Part shown: piece after piece, positions 1-11,649 of the stretch
Layout of the letters: the number at the start of each line of letters is the position of its first letter
Numbering within the stretch: the stretch's first letter is position 1
Source of the DNA: Cyanophora paradoxa CCMP329
Taxonomy: Eukaryota; Plantae; Glaucophyta
Length of the DNA stretch: 64,000 nucleotides
Direction of reading: 5' to 3'
NCBI GenBank assembly: GCA_004431415.1
Contig: QPMI01000603.1
Coordinates: forward strand, 124,001-188,000
The notes under the pieces: model-generated
Seen by the model: only the letters and a program-made list of their open reading frames with translations
Told to the model about the DNA's origin: nothing
Databases searched by the model: none
Program-made: the position numbers and the translations under genes

Positions 1-1120
1 TACAGCTGCAGCCGCCGCGGCCGTCGAGAAGCTTGATTCAGACGCGCCCGACACCGGCGCCGCCCCGATTCTCTCCAAATTCACGCCCCCAGCCGCACGA
101 ATGGGTCGGAGGCGAAGCAACAGTTTTGGCCAAGTAGAGAGCCTGATATCAATCGATATTAACAGCAGAATTCGAAACATCGTCAGCATCAATGACTCCA
201 TGGACAGATTCCAGCCGGCCCAGCGGTCGTTGTCTCCTGAGCGCAGCGCAAGCGCCAACGGTCGCCCGCCCCCGCCTCATAGCAACACCCCGATACCCGC
301 GTCGACGTCGACGTCGGCGCTCCCCCCCGTCGTCAGCGCCGGCCCCAGCAGCCGCTACGCGTACAGCATTGCAGGCGCCACACTCGCCGCCCCGCGGCCG
401 CCCCTGCCGACGCGCGCAGTGCAGATCATCAACCTCTCGAGCTCGAGCTCGGGCTCGGGCTCGGGCTCAACCGCGGGCGCCGGCGCCAGTGGCCCGCAGA
501 AGCCTGTTGCGGAAACGGGCAGCCCGCGACCGCCCCGCGAGAAAGCCGATGGCGCAGACACCGAGGCCGTCATCCATCTGTGAATGAGTCGCAGCCCTGA
601 GATCAGTTCAAATCTAGAGCACAGTTAACGTTGCGTGTACTTGCAAATTAGACATTGATCATGAATTCGAACATGATTCGAGTACTACGGTATATGTAGG
701 CCTAGGTAGGTCCGCGCCCTTCTTTTCCCGGCCGGGGCCCTGGAATAAATATGCCCACAATGTGGAGATCGATCTAAATTCGAAAGCCACATTCAGTTCG
801 ACACAAATTCTAATTACGTATATACATACAATGCATTCCAGCACTACGGCAGAATTTCCAGGGACGGTCTCGTTCATGATCATCGATAGCCCCGCGCCCC
901 GCGCTCCCCGTACCCCCCCTCCCCCTTCCCCCTCCTCTCTCCCCTTCCACTCCGGCGGCTCCGTCGATCCCTGGGCTTCGATGCATGCAGTAAATCTAGA
1001 CTGGCCCCAAGGACGCTCCTGCTGCCGCGCACGCTGGCCATGGGGGGATCGCTCGCGATCGCACATGCTCGTTTCTCGAGCGCTGGCAGCTCGAGCGCGA
1101 CCGGTATCGGGCGTCCCAAT

Positions 1121-3213
1121 CTAAGCGGAGGCAGAGGCGTCGGGGGCCGCCGCGCCCTCTTCGGGGGCGGGGCCGGCGCCGGCGCCTGCGCCGGGCCCCG
1201 GGGATGCGGCGCCGGCGTCGGCGCCGGCTCCGGGGGCCGGGGGTAGAGGCCGCGGAGGAGGTCGTACGCCTCCTCGTCGACGCGGCGCACGTACGCCGCC
1301 GCCTGCTCCCGCTCGTAGCGCGCCCGCCCCTGCGCCCCCCCCCCGGCTCGAGCTCGAGCTCGCGCCCCAGCTCCACCGGGCGGGGCGCACCGCGGGCCAT
1401 GCGACGAGGCTCGCGATCTCCTCCTCGCTCGGGGCCGGCGCCGCCAGCGCCGCTGCCGGCCACGGGTCGGCGAGGGCGCACGGGGCGCGGGGCGGGGCGG
1501 GAGGGGCGCGGGGCGGGGCACCGGTGACGCCGGGGACGTGGGCGGCGCCGGCGACGAGGAGGGCGCGGCGGCGCGGGGCGGGGAGGCGCGGGTGGCGGCG
1601 GGCGCTCCACGCGAGCACCGCGTCCCGCTCCGCCGTCAGCACCCCGTAGAAGATCTCGTTCAGCAGGCCTGGCCCACGCCCCCGGCCTCGGCCCCCGCGG
1701 CGAACGAAGGGATGGGGGGGGGGGGGGGGGGGGCACAGCGAAGTAAGCGTACCCGGGAGGCGCTCGCCGGCGAGGGCGCGGGCGTAGAGGTCGTCGAGGC
1801 GCTCCTCGGAGGCGGCGAGGGCGATGGAGGCGGCGGGGTACGCGTAGGCGAGGGAGGGCAGCAGGGCGAAGAAGAGCACGGCGCCGGCCGCGTAGGCCAG
1901 GCTGAAGCGCGCCACCGCCCACCTGCCGGGGCGCGCGCGTAAGAGAGAGGAGTGGACGAGCGGGGCGCGGGGCGCGGGGCGGGGTGCGGACCCGACGCCG
2001 ACGAGGGCGCAGAGGAGGACGAGGGGCGGCGCGGCCGCCTGCTGCGCCACCTCTGCCGCGCGCGGTCGGATCACGCGGGCGGGCGGGGGCGAGGGCGGGG
2101 CGGGGCGGGGCGGGGCGGGCCGGCCATGCGCTCGTCGGTGACGAGGCAGGAGCGGTCGGCGAGGATGATCGGCACGCCCCGCCCCGCCGCCTCCGCCGCC
2201 GCCGCCACGAACTCGTTCCCTGCCCCGCGCCCGAGTCGGCCGGGCGGGCGGAGGGTCGGAGGGGCGGAGGCCTAGGGACGGGGCGGGTGCAGCGGGGCGG
2301 ACCGGTGTCGGCGCCGAACTTCTTGGCGCCGGCGGAGAGCTGGACGGCCATGTAGGCGCGGAGGAGGCCCTTGAGGCCGTCGCGGAGGAACATGCGGTAG
2401 ACGTCGCCCAGGCCGACGCTCTGGACGAGCCGGTCCCGCTCCGCCACGGGCCCCCGGCTCGCCTGCAGCAGCACCGGCACCCGCCACCCGCACAGCTCCA
2501 GCAGCACCTGCTTGTAGGGCCCGCCTGAGGGGGAGCGGCCCGGCGGGGCGGGGCGGGGCGGGGCGGGGCGGGGCGGACGGCGTCGGGCTCGAGGGTGCGG
2601 ATGATCTCCCGGACCTCCTCCGCGCAGCCCGGGTCCACGTGGTTCGCACCGTACTGCGCCCCGGGCCCCGCCCCGCGCTCAGAGGCGGGCCGGGACCGAG
2701 CCGCGAGCCGCCGCGCGCCGGCCGCGGGCAGCGGGGGCGGGCGGCGCACGATGAAGATGTCCACGCCGTCGACCCGCACGCAACGGAGCGCCCCGATCGC
2801 CGAGAGCCGCCCCAGCGAGGCCGGGATCGCCCCCTTGTTCTCCTCCCCGGCGCCGCCGGCGTCGGCGCCACCCGCGGCCGCTTCCGTCGGCGACGCGCTC
2901 GCGGTGGGCGGCGGGCGGTCCGCGCCGATCCGGCGTCGCCGCCAGCTCTCGTACGCGGCGGCGGGAGCCAGGCGTCGCCCGACGAACTGCGTCCGCTCCA
3001 GCGCCGGTGGCGCGGCGCTCGCTCGCTTTGCTTGGCGCGTCCGCGCCGCCGCCGCCGTCCAGCCCCGCCGCTGGACGCTCCCTATGACGGCGTCATTGAC
3101 GATCCTGCGCACGCCGTCGCTCAGGCCTCGCGCTGGGCCACAAAAGCCGGCGGGCGTCGTGCTTCGCACCTGGGTGAGGGCCGCACCGCCGGCGGCGCAG
3201 AGACGAACGCCAT
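1121..3213 (-). CDS. TraB/PrgY/GumN-family (TRABD-like) protein, multi-exon, with probable plastid transit peptide
   Basis: Spliced reading from ATG 3213 (MAFVSAPPAVRPSPR...) gives the TraB motifs VDIFI..GANHVDPGCAEEVREIIRTLEPDAV-LLELC and LTAERDAVLA...LLVAGAAHVPGV. The C-terminal stop at 1121 assumes a 1-nt indel near 1240; otherwise the frame runs to 880. Confidence 0.8.
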
Positions 3214-3334
3214 AGCGGGTGAAGCCGAACGTCGACTTCCGGGCGGCGCGGAAGTTTGCGATAAAGTCGCGTACCCCGCCCCCACTTCGCTCACTCGGCT
3301 GCAGCTGCAGCTGGGCCGCCGAGAATCGGCTGTC
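3214..3334. promoter_or_regulatory. Putative bidirectional promoter (121 bp between divergent ATGs)
   Basis: ATG 3213 (-) and ATG 3335 (+) are head-to-head. Promoter activity is inferred from spacing only. Confidence 0.5.
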
Positions 3335-5470
3335 ATGACGCACAGCGCGGTCATTGTCGGCTCGGGCGTCTTCGGCCTGAGCTCCGCGCTCGAGTTCCGA
3401 CGACGCGGGTGCGCGATGCACGTAAGGACGCGTACGCGCCGGGAAGGCAATTGCCGGCCACACGTCGGCACAGCGTTGGCGCGCGTCGGCACAGCGCAGG
3501 CATGTGCCTCTAACGCGTACATGCGGCGGACGGCAGGTACGATGTCACGGTCCTGGAGCTGGCGCCGCGGATCCCGAACCTGTGCGGGGCCTCGTGCGAC
3601 CACAGCCGCATCGTGCGATACGACTACACCACCGGCGAGGACCTCTACGTCCGCTTCATGCAGGTTCGAGCGCCCCCGGTTCTTCCGCGGCCGCGGCCGC
3701 GGCCGGCCTCTAGATCTCCGGATCCGACTCAAACGCCCGCAGAAAGCCTTCGGGATTTGGGAGGAGTGGAACCGGAAGAGCGGGCGGCCGCTCTTCACAA
3801 AGGCGGGCCTGCTCCTGCTGAGCAGCGACCCGCGGTTCGCGAGGGACCCGGGGGCGGCGCACCCGACGTTCGAGCTGGACTGCTTCCAGGAGATGCGCGC
3901 GCGGGGCATCCCCGTCGTGCCCCTCGCCGGCCTCTCCGACTTCGAGAAGCACCGCTGGCGCGCCCCAATCCGGATCCGCGCCCCCGCCCGGCCCGACGCC
4001 CTCCCGCCCCCGCAGGTTCCCCCTCGTCAACCACGCGGCGCTGCCGCACGGGTACCTGAACCCCAACTCGGGCTGGGGCCACGCCAAGGCAGGCCGCGCC
4101 CCCCTCCCCGGCCCGCCCAGCCCTTCCGTCCTTCGAATTCGCCCCTCACGCCGGTGCAGGAGACCGTGGAGTTCCTGGCGAAGGAGGCGGAGGCGGCCGG
4201 CGTGCGGCTGCTCGCGGGGAGGCGCGTCGTCTCGTACTGCGGGGCCGCCTCTGAGGGCGGGCGGGCCTCGGTGGCCTGCGCCGACGGGGCGACCTTCGAG
4301 GCGGACGTCGTGCTGCTCGCGGCGGGGGCCTACACCCCCACCCTCCTCCCCGAGCTCCGCGGCTGGCTCAAGGCGCGCCCCTCCCCCCTCCCCCCCTCCC
4401 TCGCGCCCCTCCGTCCCTGTGACTGACCGGCGGGTCGCGCGCGCGCATGCACAGGCGACGGCGCACCCGGTGATCTACTTCGACCTGGCGGGGCGGGGCG
4501 ACCTCGAGCGCTGGCGCCCGCCCCTCCTCCCCGTCTGCACCCTCGACACCCAGCGCACCGGCTACTACTGCTTCCCCGCCCAGGAGGTCGAGGTCCGCTG
4601 CACCCCCCTCCCCTCCTCCCCAACCGTCATCGCTGACGAGCCGCGTACCCTTCTCCCTCGCCAGGGGGGCCGCTACTTCAAGCTGGCGCTGCACGCGGGG
4701 GGCCTCGAGGTGGAGAGCCCCGAGGAGCTCTACGCGGCGGACATCGCAGCGCAGGCCGCCGCCCCGCCCGCCTTCGCCCGCGCCCCGCCCCCCTCCCCGG
4801 GCCTCCGCGCCCGCGAGGCCGCTCTCGACGCCGCCGAGGCCAAGTTCCGGTAGCCCCCCCTTCTTCCACCCCCCTCCCTTGAGGCCGCGAGGCGACCCCC
4901 GGTGCAGGGAATTCCTGCGGGGGCACCTGCCGGAGGCGGCGGAGCTGCCGGCGGCGTACCGGCGCATGTGCCACTACGCCGACGCCCCCGACGGCGACTT
5001 CCTCATCGGCCCGCCCCCCCGACCTCACCTCACTTAATCTGATCTGACCCGATCTGATCGCCTCGGGCGCAGACGGGGTGCCGGGGGCGCGGGGCGTCTT
5101 CGTCGCCTCGGGGGACTCGGGCCACGCCTTCAAGTTCGCCCCCGTCCTCGGCCAGGTCGTCGGTTCATCCCCCGCCGCCCCCCGGCCTTGAAGCTTGGAG
5201 CTTGGACCGCCGCCGCCGCCTTCCTCCCTTTATTCCTTCCCCCCTGCTTCCCCGGCTTGGCGCTTGGACCGCCCGCGGCCGGCGTCTTCTCGTTGCTTGC
5301 CTTGACGCCGCCGCCCCTTTGCAGCGGACATCGTGGAGGGCGTGGACGAGGCGGACGGGTGGGGCCGGGAGGCGGCGCGCCGCTTCCGCTGGCGCGTCGT
5401 CCCCGACGGGCCCCGCCGCACCGAGGGCTCCCGCATGCTCACCGGCGAGGCCGGGCGGCCCCGCGCCTAG
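3335..5470 (+). CDS. FAD-dependent amine oxidase, sarcosine/pipecolate/fructosyl-amine oxidase family, 10 exons
   Basis: Rossmann motif VIVGSGVFGLSSA, GASCDHSRIVRYDY, FEADVVLLAAGAYT, MCHYADAPDGDFLID and GDSGHAFKFAPVLG. Nine short introns restore one frame ending at TAG 5470. Confidence 0.88.
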
Positions 5471-5583
5471 CGCCCCCGCCGCCCCCTTCCCATTCACTTT
5501 CCTCCCCTCCCCTCCTTTGTACAGATTCAACCCGCCCAGATCGAGCTGCTGCGTTCGGTTCGGTTCGATTTGGGGGCGGGCCG

Positions 5584-8163
5584 CTAGCTGCCGGCATCCC
5601 CGCCTTCCGACACGTCATCGTAGGCGTCGGGTTGTTCAGGGTCGGGCTCGGGGCCCGGCGGGGCCTCGAGAGGGGCCTGGGCGTCGGCCTCGAGGGCCGC
5701 GGGGCGGGCCGGGCGGAGGCTGCGCGGGGGCGGGAGGTCCAGGCCGGCGTGGCGGCGGAGGAGGAGGCGGGCACGGGCGGCCGCGTCGGCCCGCACGCGG
5801 TCGATCGCCCCCGCCTCCGCCCGCGCCCGCGCCAGCGCCGCCTCCACCGCCTCCCGCGGCGGCCGCGCCGGGCGCGCCGGGCGCCCTGGGGACGGCTGCG
5901 CGGGCGAGGGGTCCTGGGGGTGGCTCGGGAGGGCGAAGGGCGGCCGCGGGGGCCGGCGGGGGCGTGGAGGGGCGGAGGCTCGGGGCCGGCGCAGGCGCGT
6001 ACGCCACAGCAAGGCTCGCGGCCCGGGCGGAGGCCGCGGCGCTGGGGCGCGGCGCCGAGGCGGAGGGGCGCGTGGCGGGCGAGGGGCGGGCGGGGCGGAG
6101 GGGCGGGCGGCGGGGCCGGGACGGGGCCGGGACCCGGGCGGGCGGCGGAGGTGGAGCGGGCGCGGGGCGGCGGTCGGTGGGGGCGGAGCCGGCGCGGCGG
6201 GAGGCGGCGGGGCTGGCGCCGCGCGGGGCAGGGGCGGCGGGGGAGCCTCGCGCCGGAGCCGGCCCCGAGCCGGGGCCAGGGAGGGGCCGGGGCCGGGGCG
6301 GCGGGGCGCTACGGGGCCCTCGAGGGCGCGACGGGCGCGCGCGAGCTCCGCGTCGACCTTCGCCGCCTGCGCTGCGTCGGCCACGCGCGGCGCAGGGCAG
6401 GGCCGGACGCGGGAGTACGGGCGCGCACGACGGACTCGAGGCCGGCGGCGAGGCGGGCGGCCTCGCCGCCGCCCCGCGCGAGCCGCCGCTGCAGCTCCGA
6501 CCACGCAACCTCGCCTCGCTCCCCCGGCGGAACACCCCCCGCCGCCGCCGCCGCCGCCGGTGCGGCGTGCGAGGACGGAGACTGGCCCCCCGCGTCGACC
6601 CTCGCCGGCCGCGAGACGGGAGCCGCGGCCTCCGCTGCCGGCGCGGCGGGCGGGCCCCCTCCGGCGGCCTGCTCCGGCCTGCAGAAGCCAGTCAGACGGG
6701 ACGGGCCGGGGCCGGACGGGCAGGAGAGGCGCGGACGGGGGCTCCGTGGGGCCCGGGGCGGCGGCGGCCTCGGCCTGCTTGCGCTTGAGCTCCATCACGC
6801 TCGCCTGCGGCCGCCCCCGCCGCCGGCTCGCCCCGGGGTCCGAGGCGTAGCCGGGGCGGGGCGCGGAGCGGGGCGCACCATCCACCGCCAGAAGAGGTCC
6901 CTATGCGCCCCCCCGATCCGCTCCCGCTGCGCCCCGTCAGCGTCGCCGCGCCGGGTGGGGGCGGGGCGGTCGGGCGGCCGGCGCGCCTCCTCGCGGCTGG
7001 AGGGGTCGCCCGACTTGAGCGGCCGCGGCGGGGCGTACGGCCCGCTGAGGCTGAGGGCGAGGCCCTGCGCCGCGACCGGCTGAGCAGGCGCGGCGCCCGA
7101 CGGGGTGGGGCGGGGGCGGGGCGGGCCCGCTGAAGGGTGGAGGCGGCGCGGAGGGTCATGTCGAGCTGGTGCTGCAGCCGCACGGCCGCGTGCACCCGGC
7201 CCCGCCTCTGCCGCACCCTCAGCGAGCGCGCGCCCAGGCCACCGGCGGGGCGGGCGGGCCTCAGGGAGGGCGTCAACGTCATCGCTGTCGAAGGGCCCCC
7301 GCCGGCGCCCCGCGGCCGGCGCCGGCGCCGCGGGGGCCGCCAGCACGCGCTCCATCTCCCCCAGCGCCCGCTCCGCCGCCGCCGCCGCCGCCTCCGCTGT
7401 CTCCGGCACATCCCACGGGGCCCGCCCGCCCCGCGACCCCTCCCCGCTCGTCTCCCCTGCCGGCCCGGCCTCAACGGGGCGCAGGGGCCCGGGGGGCGGG
7501 GCCGGGCGGGGCGCACGTCGGCGGGCCAGTCGGCCTCGGCGTACCGCTCGAAGAGGCGCGCGCGCGAGACGGTGAAGCCCAGGGCGATCAGCAGCTCCCT
7601 GCCGCCCGCGCTCGGGCCGCGCCGCGCGCCGGGCCGGGCGGGCGGGCGAGGCACCTGCTGTGGAGGGCGCCGACGCGCATTGCGAAGAACTCGGGCACCG
7701 AGAAGCCCCACTTCCTGAACTGCTTCTGCACGTGCTCGGCCGCCGCCTCTGCGGCCCCCGCGTTCACATGCGCACAGCCAGAGCGTGGCGGGAGCGCCCG
7801 GCGCGGGCCGGCGGGAGGAAACGCGCACCCTCGGGCCGACCGCTGCGCTCCACGATGGCCCACGCCGCCTTCGCGCGCTCCGCGCCATCTTTGGGGAAGC
7901 CGCCGGCCTCGACGTGCGCGTACGCGTGGAGCGCTCGCAGCAGCCTCGGGACCTGCGATTGCCGGCGTTGATCGGTTCAGAGGGCGTCAGCCAACGGTTC
8001 GCAGGCGGCGCGCTCGCGCGCTCACGACGTCCGGCTGGTTGAACTTCGCGCGTCGAAGGGTCTCAGCGGAGAGGCCGGCGATGCCCAACCGAGCCAGCAG
8101 CGCGCACACGAAGTCTAGCGCCGCCTTCAGCTCCTCCGTCTGCGCGCCCGGCGCGGCGCTCAT
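5584..8163 (-). CDS. TEDC1: Tubulin epsilon and delta complex protein 1-like (centriole protein), multi-exon
   Basis: Motifs LSAETLRRAKFNQPD, KQFRKWGF, GGRELLIALGF and LFWRWM resemble, from memory, the conserved TEDC1/C14orf80 blocks. ATG 8163, stop 5584. Confidence 0.75.
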
Positions 8164-8352
8164 CGCCCTTGCGAACGAAGTGGGGAGGGGGGCAAGTTCG
8201 GGGCGGGTTCAACTTCTTGGCTGAGCGACCGCGAAAGCACAGCTACATCTTCGAAACGCCTACAGCTTCAAGGTAGCTAGGGCATCGTTACTCTGCGATC
8301 GTGCGTTTGAAAGGGAGGACCGCGCCGGCGGGAATTCGAAGAGAATCGCGGG
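8164..8352. promoter_or_regulatory. Putative bidirectional promoter (189 bp between divergent ATGs)
   Basis: ATG 8163 (-) and ATG 8353 (+) are head-to-head. Confidence 0.5.
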
Positions 8353-10988
8353 ATGTCGAACCCGCAGCAGCCGTATGCGTATGGCGGCGGCATCGGCGTA
8401 GGTTACGGGAACGCCGGCATGGCCGCCGACACCGCCTACATGCAGATGGCACAACAGCGCCAGATGCAACTCCACGCGATGCAGCAACAGCAGCAACAAC
8501 AGCAGATGATGCAGGCAGGACAGCAGGCAGTCCAGGCCCAGCAAGCAGCGGCGATGGCGGCCCGGTCGTATCCCGTGGCCCAGGCGGCACAGCAGGGGCA
8601 GCTTCAAGCCGCTCAGCAGGTTCAGATGGCGCAAAGAGCACCTCAGGCGTATCCCGCTGTGCCGACGGGCCAAGCCTACGCTGCCGGCGCTCCGCCCGCC
8701 TCTCGCGCGGTACGCACCGCCCCGCTTGGTTAGCTGTCGCTTTCTGCGGCTTTCTGGGGCTCACGTGTCCTCTCGGCAACCCCGCACAGTCCCCGACGAC
8801 GGCGGCCACTCCTGCGCCGCAGAACGTGGTGAAGCAGCGGAAGGCGCCGCGCCTCCCCGAGCGGAACGGGATCGCCCCCGAGTCCGCCGACGATATCGTG
8901 AACGCGCCGAGGCGATCACGGTGCGCTCGCTCTCTCGCCGCTCGCGCGGGCGGCGGCGGCGGCCCGGCGCGCCGAAGCGGCGGCGGGGCGGGGCAGGCGG
9001 GCAGCGGAGTTCTCGGTGTCGAAGCTGATGGCGATGGTGCCGGAGGCGCGGATGCTGCACGCGCTCGTGGACTTCGAGAAGAAGCTCGACGCCGTCATCC
9101 AGCGCAAGCGCGGCGACATCTTCGAGGCCACAAAGCGGCCCAAGCGGGTCCGCCCCGCCCGCTTCCTTTTGCCCGGCGCCCCGCCCGTCCAACCCGCCCG
9201 CGCAGCTGGAGAAGAAGCTGAGGATCTTCATTTCTAACACCCACCACAACCAGAAGGACGACACGGCGCCCCTGCCCGGCCCCTCGGTCCGCGCCGCCCC
9301 CTGCGCCCTCGCTGCAGCGCGCCCTCGAGCCGGGCCGGGCCGGTGCGGCAGGACCCTCCGCCGGAGGAGCCGAGCTGGACTCTGTTCGTGCGGGGCTTCC
9401 TGATGGACCGGCCGCTGCCCGAGGTGTGCGGCGGGCGCGGGGCCGGCGTGCGGGCGTGCGGGCGTGCGGGCGGCGGGCCGGGGCCGACGGGGGCGGGTGG
9501 CGGGGCAGGACAAGCGGGACCGGAAGGCAGCGGCGAACGACCCGTCGCGGCGGCCGGTGGCGCTGCGGTTCACGCAGCTCGTCTCGCGCGTCGTCATCGA
9601 GCTCGACAAGGAGCTCTTCGGCCCCGACGCCCTCGTCGTGGTCCGCCCCGCCCGCCCGCCCGCCCGTCCGCGCGCCTCTTAGTCCGGCCGCAGTGGACGC
9701 CGCCCGCGGCGGCGCCGCAGCTCGGCGGGGGCGCGGCGCCGTCGCCGGCGCCGGGGCAGCAGCAGCCGGCGGCGGCGGCGGCCGACGGGTTCGAGGTGAA
9801 GCGGAAGGGGGACCGGGAGACGGTGGCGCGGATCAGCATCACGCTGGCGCACTCGCCGGCCCGCTTCAAGATCGCGGCCCCGCTGGGCCCCGCCATCGGC
9901 GTGCACACCGAGTCCCGCGTCGGCGTCCTCCTCGCCCTCTGGCAGTACATCCGCGTGCGCCCCGCCCCGCTCCGCCCCACCCCGGCTCCGGGGCCCGCCC
10001 CTCGCTCCCCGGCGCCGACGCCGGGGCCCGGGCAGGCGAACGGGCTGCTGGACACGGAGGACCGGACCCTCGTCAAGTGTGACGAGACGCTCCGGAAGGC
10101 GCGCCCGCTTCGCCCCGCTCCCAACGCTCCCGCCCCGCCCCGCCCCGCCCCGCCCCGGCGACCGACGGCCGCCGCCGCGCGCGCGCAGTGCTTCGGGGTG
10201 CCTACGCTGCACCTGTACCGGCTGGGGCAGGCGATCGGGGCCTTCCTGCTGCCGGCGGACCCGATCGTGCTCACGTACCCCATCAAGCTGCAGGGCACCG
10301 AGCACGCCTCGGAGGAGGTCTACGAGGCGGACGTCGACGTGGACGACCCCGGGCAGGCGGAGATGGCGCGGCTGGCGGAGGAGCCGCTGCCCTACGAGGC
10401 GGAGGCGGGGCAGCTGGAGGAGGAGGTGGCGGGGGCGCTGCAGCGGGTGCGGCACCACAAGCACAAGCGGGACTTCATGCTCGCCTTCTTCTCCGACCCC
10501 GTCAACTTCGTCTCCGACCTCGTCGTCTCCCAGCACAACGACACCCTCGTCCGCACCCGCCCCGCCCGCCCCGCCAGCCCCGCCCCCGCCCGCCTTTCTG
10601 AGCTGGACGGGGCGGCAGGCTATGTCGGGGGACACGAGCAAGGAGGAGATGCGCCGCACCCGCTTCTACGAGGGCGACTGGGTGCCCCAGGCCGTGCGCT
10701 CGGCCCTCGCCGCCCGCCCAGCTCCGCCTGGCCCGTCTTGAGCTCACCCCGCCGCAGGTCAAGCGCTACCTCGCCGACGCCTCCGCAATGGCCGCCGCCG
10801 CCGCTGCCTCCGCCTCCGCTTCCGCTTCCGCCTCCGCCGCCCCCGCTGCCCCCTCCAGCGGTTCTGCCCCCGCCCCCGCCCCCACCACCCCCTCTTCCGC
10901 GTCCGGCGCCGGTCCCGAGGCGGCTGGGGCACCCGCGGCGCCCGCCGCCCCCGCCGAGGCCCCCGCCGCCCCCGCGCCCAGCTCGTAG
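8353..10988 (+). CDS. SMARCD: SWI/SNF complex subunit SMARCD/BAF60/Swp73 homolog (SWIB/MDM2 domain), 11 exons
   Basis: Q-rich N-terminus, VPEARMLHALVDFEKKLDAVIQRKR, KLRIFISNT, DGFEVKRKGD, SWIB segment VLLALWQYIR-ANGLLDTEDRTLVKCDETLRK, KRDFMLAFFSDPVNF and EEMRRTRFY..DWV. Stop TAG at 10988. Confidence 0.93.
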
Positions 10989-11649
10989 GCCTGCACCTTC
11001 CTGAATACCTGAGCTCTCTCTGCAAACAGGGATGATCATGATCATGATCGGTTGGCACTGTCGAGGTATGAGGCAAGCCCCCGAGGGCGTGTCGGTATAT
11101 TCAATCATGATCAGGAATTCGAATCGATAGAACAGGGGCTAGCGCTAGCGCTAGGAGGATACAGAGCTACGAGCGCTAGGAGGATACAAAGATACAAAGG
11201 GGGTCTGAGTGACAGTGCCACCGGTACCGTGGCACGGTGGCTGGCGCTATCGGGGGACTCGGGAGGCGGAAGGCGGATTGAAGGGCTACGCGTACGTGTA
11301 CTGAGGATTATGAATGCGCAGGGGTAAGGTATGCAAGGGACCATCGTGAGCGTCGGGTAAAAAGGAAGGGTAGGAACTTGTGTGGGGAGCAAGAGGGCTG
11401 TAAGTGTGCTAATCTCAGAGTCTAGCGGCCGTCGACGTCGGACTAGCTATACGAGTGAGAGAGGTGGGGTGGGATGGGAGGAGACCGTTGGACTAGCCAT
11501 TGCCGCTGTCGCCAGCGCCAGCGTCGTTGCAATATTAATAAGTACTGGGGGCGGGTGGGGAGGGCGAAGGCGGCGGCTGCATGTAGCAGCACATCACTCG
11601 TGCGCCCTACGCGAATTCGAAGCGCCGATCGCGAACAATGTCGAATCGC

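Noticed and set aside
101-587. ORFs 101-583 and 192-587
   Set aside because: Low-complexity Ser/Pro/Arg sequence with no recognisable domain. It could be a gene end, but this cannot be supported.
996-11004. Many long Arg/Pro/Gly/Ala-rich ORFs overlapping the four host genes
   Set aside because: Shadow frames produced by very high GC and read-through of stop-free introns.
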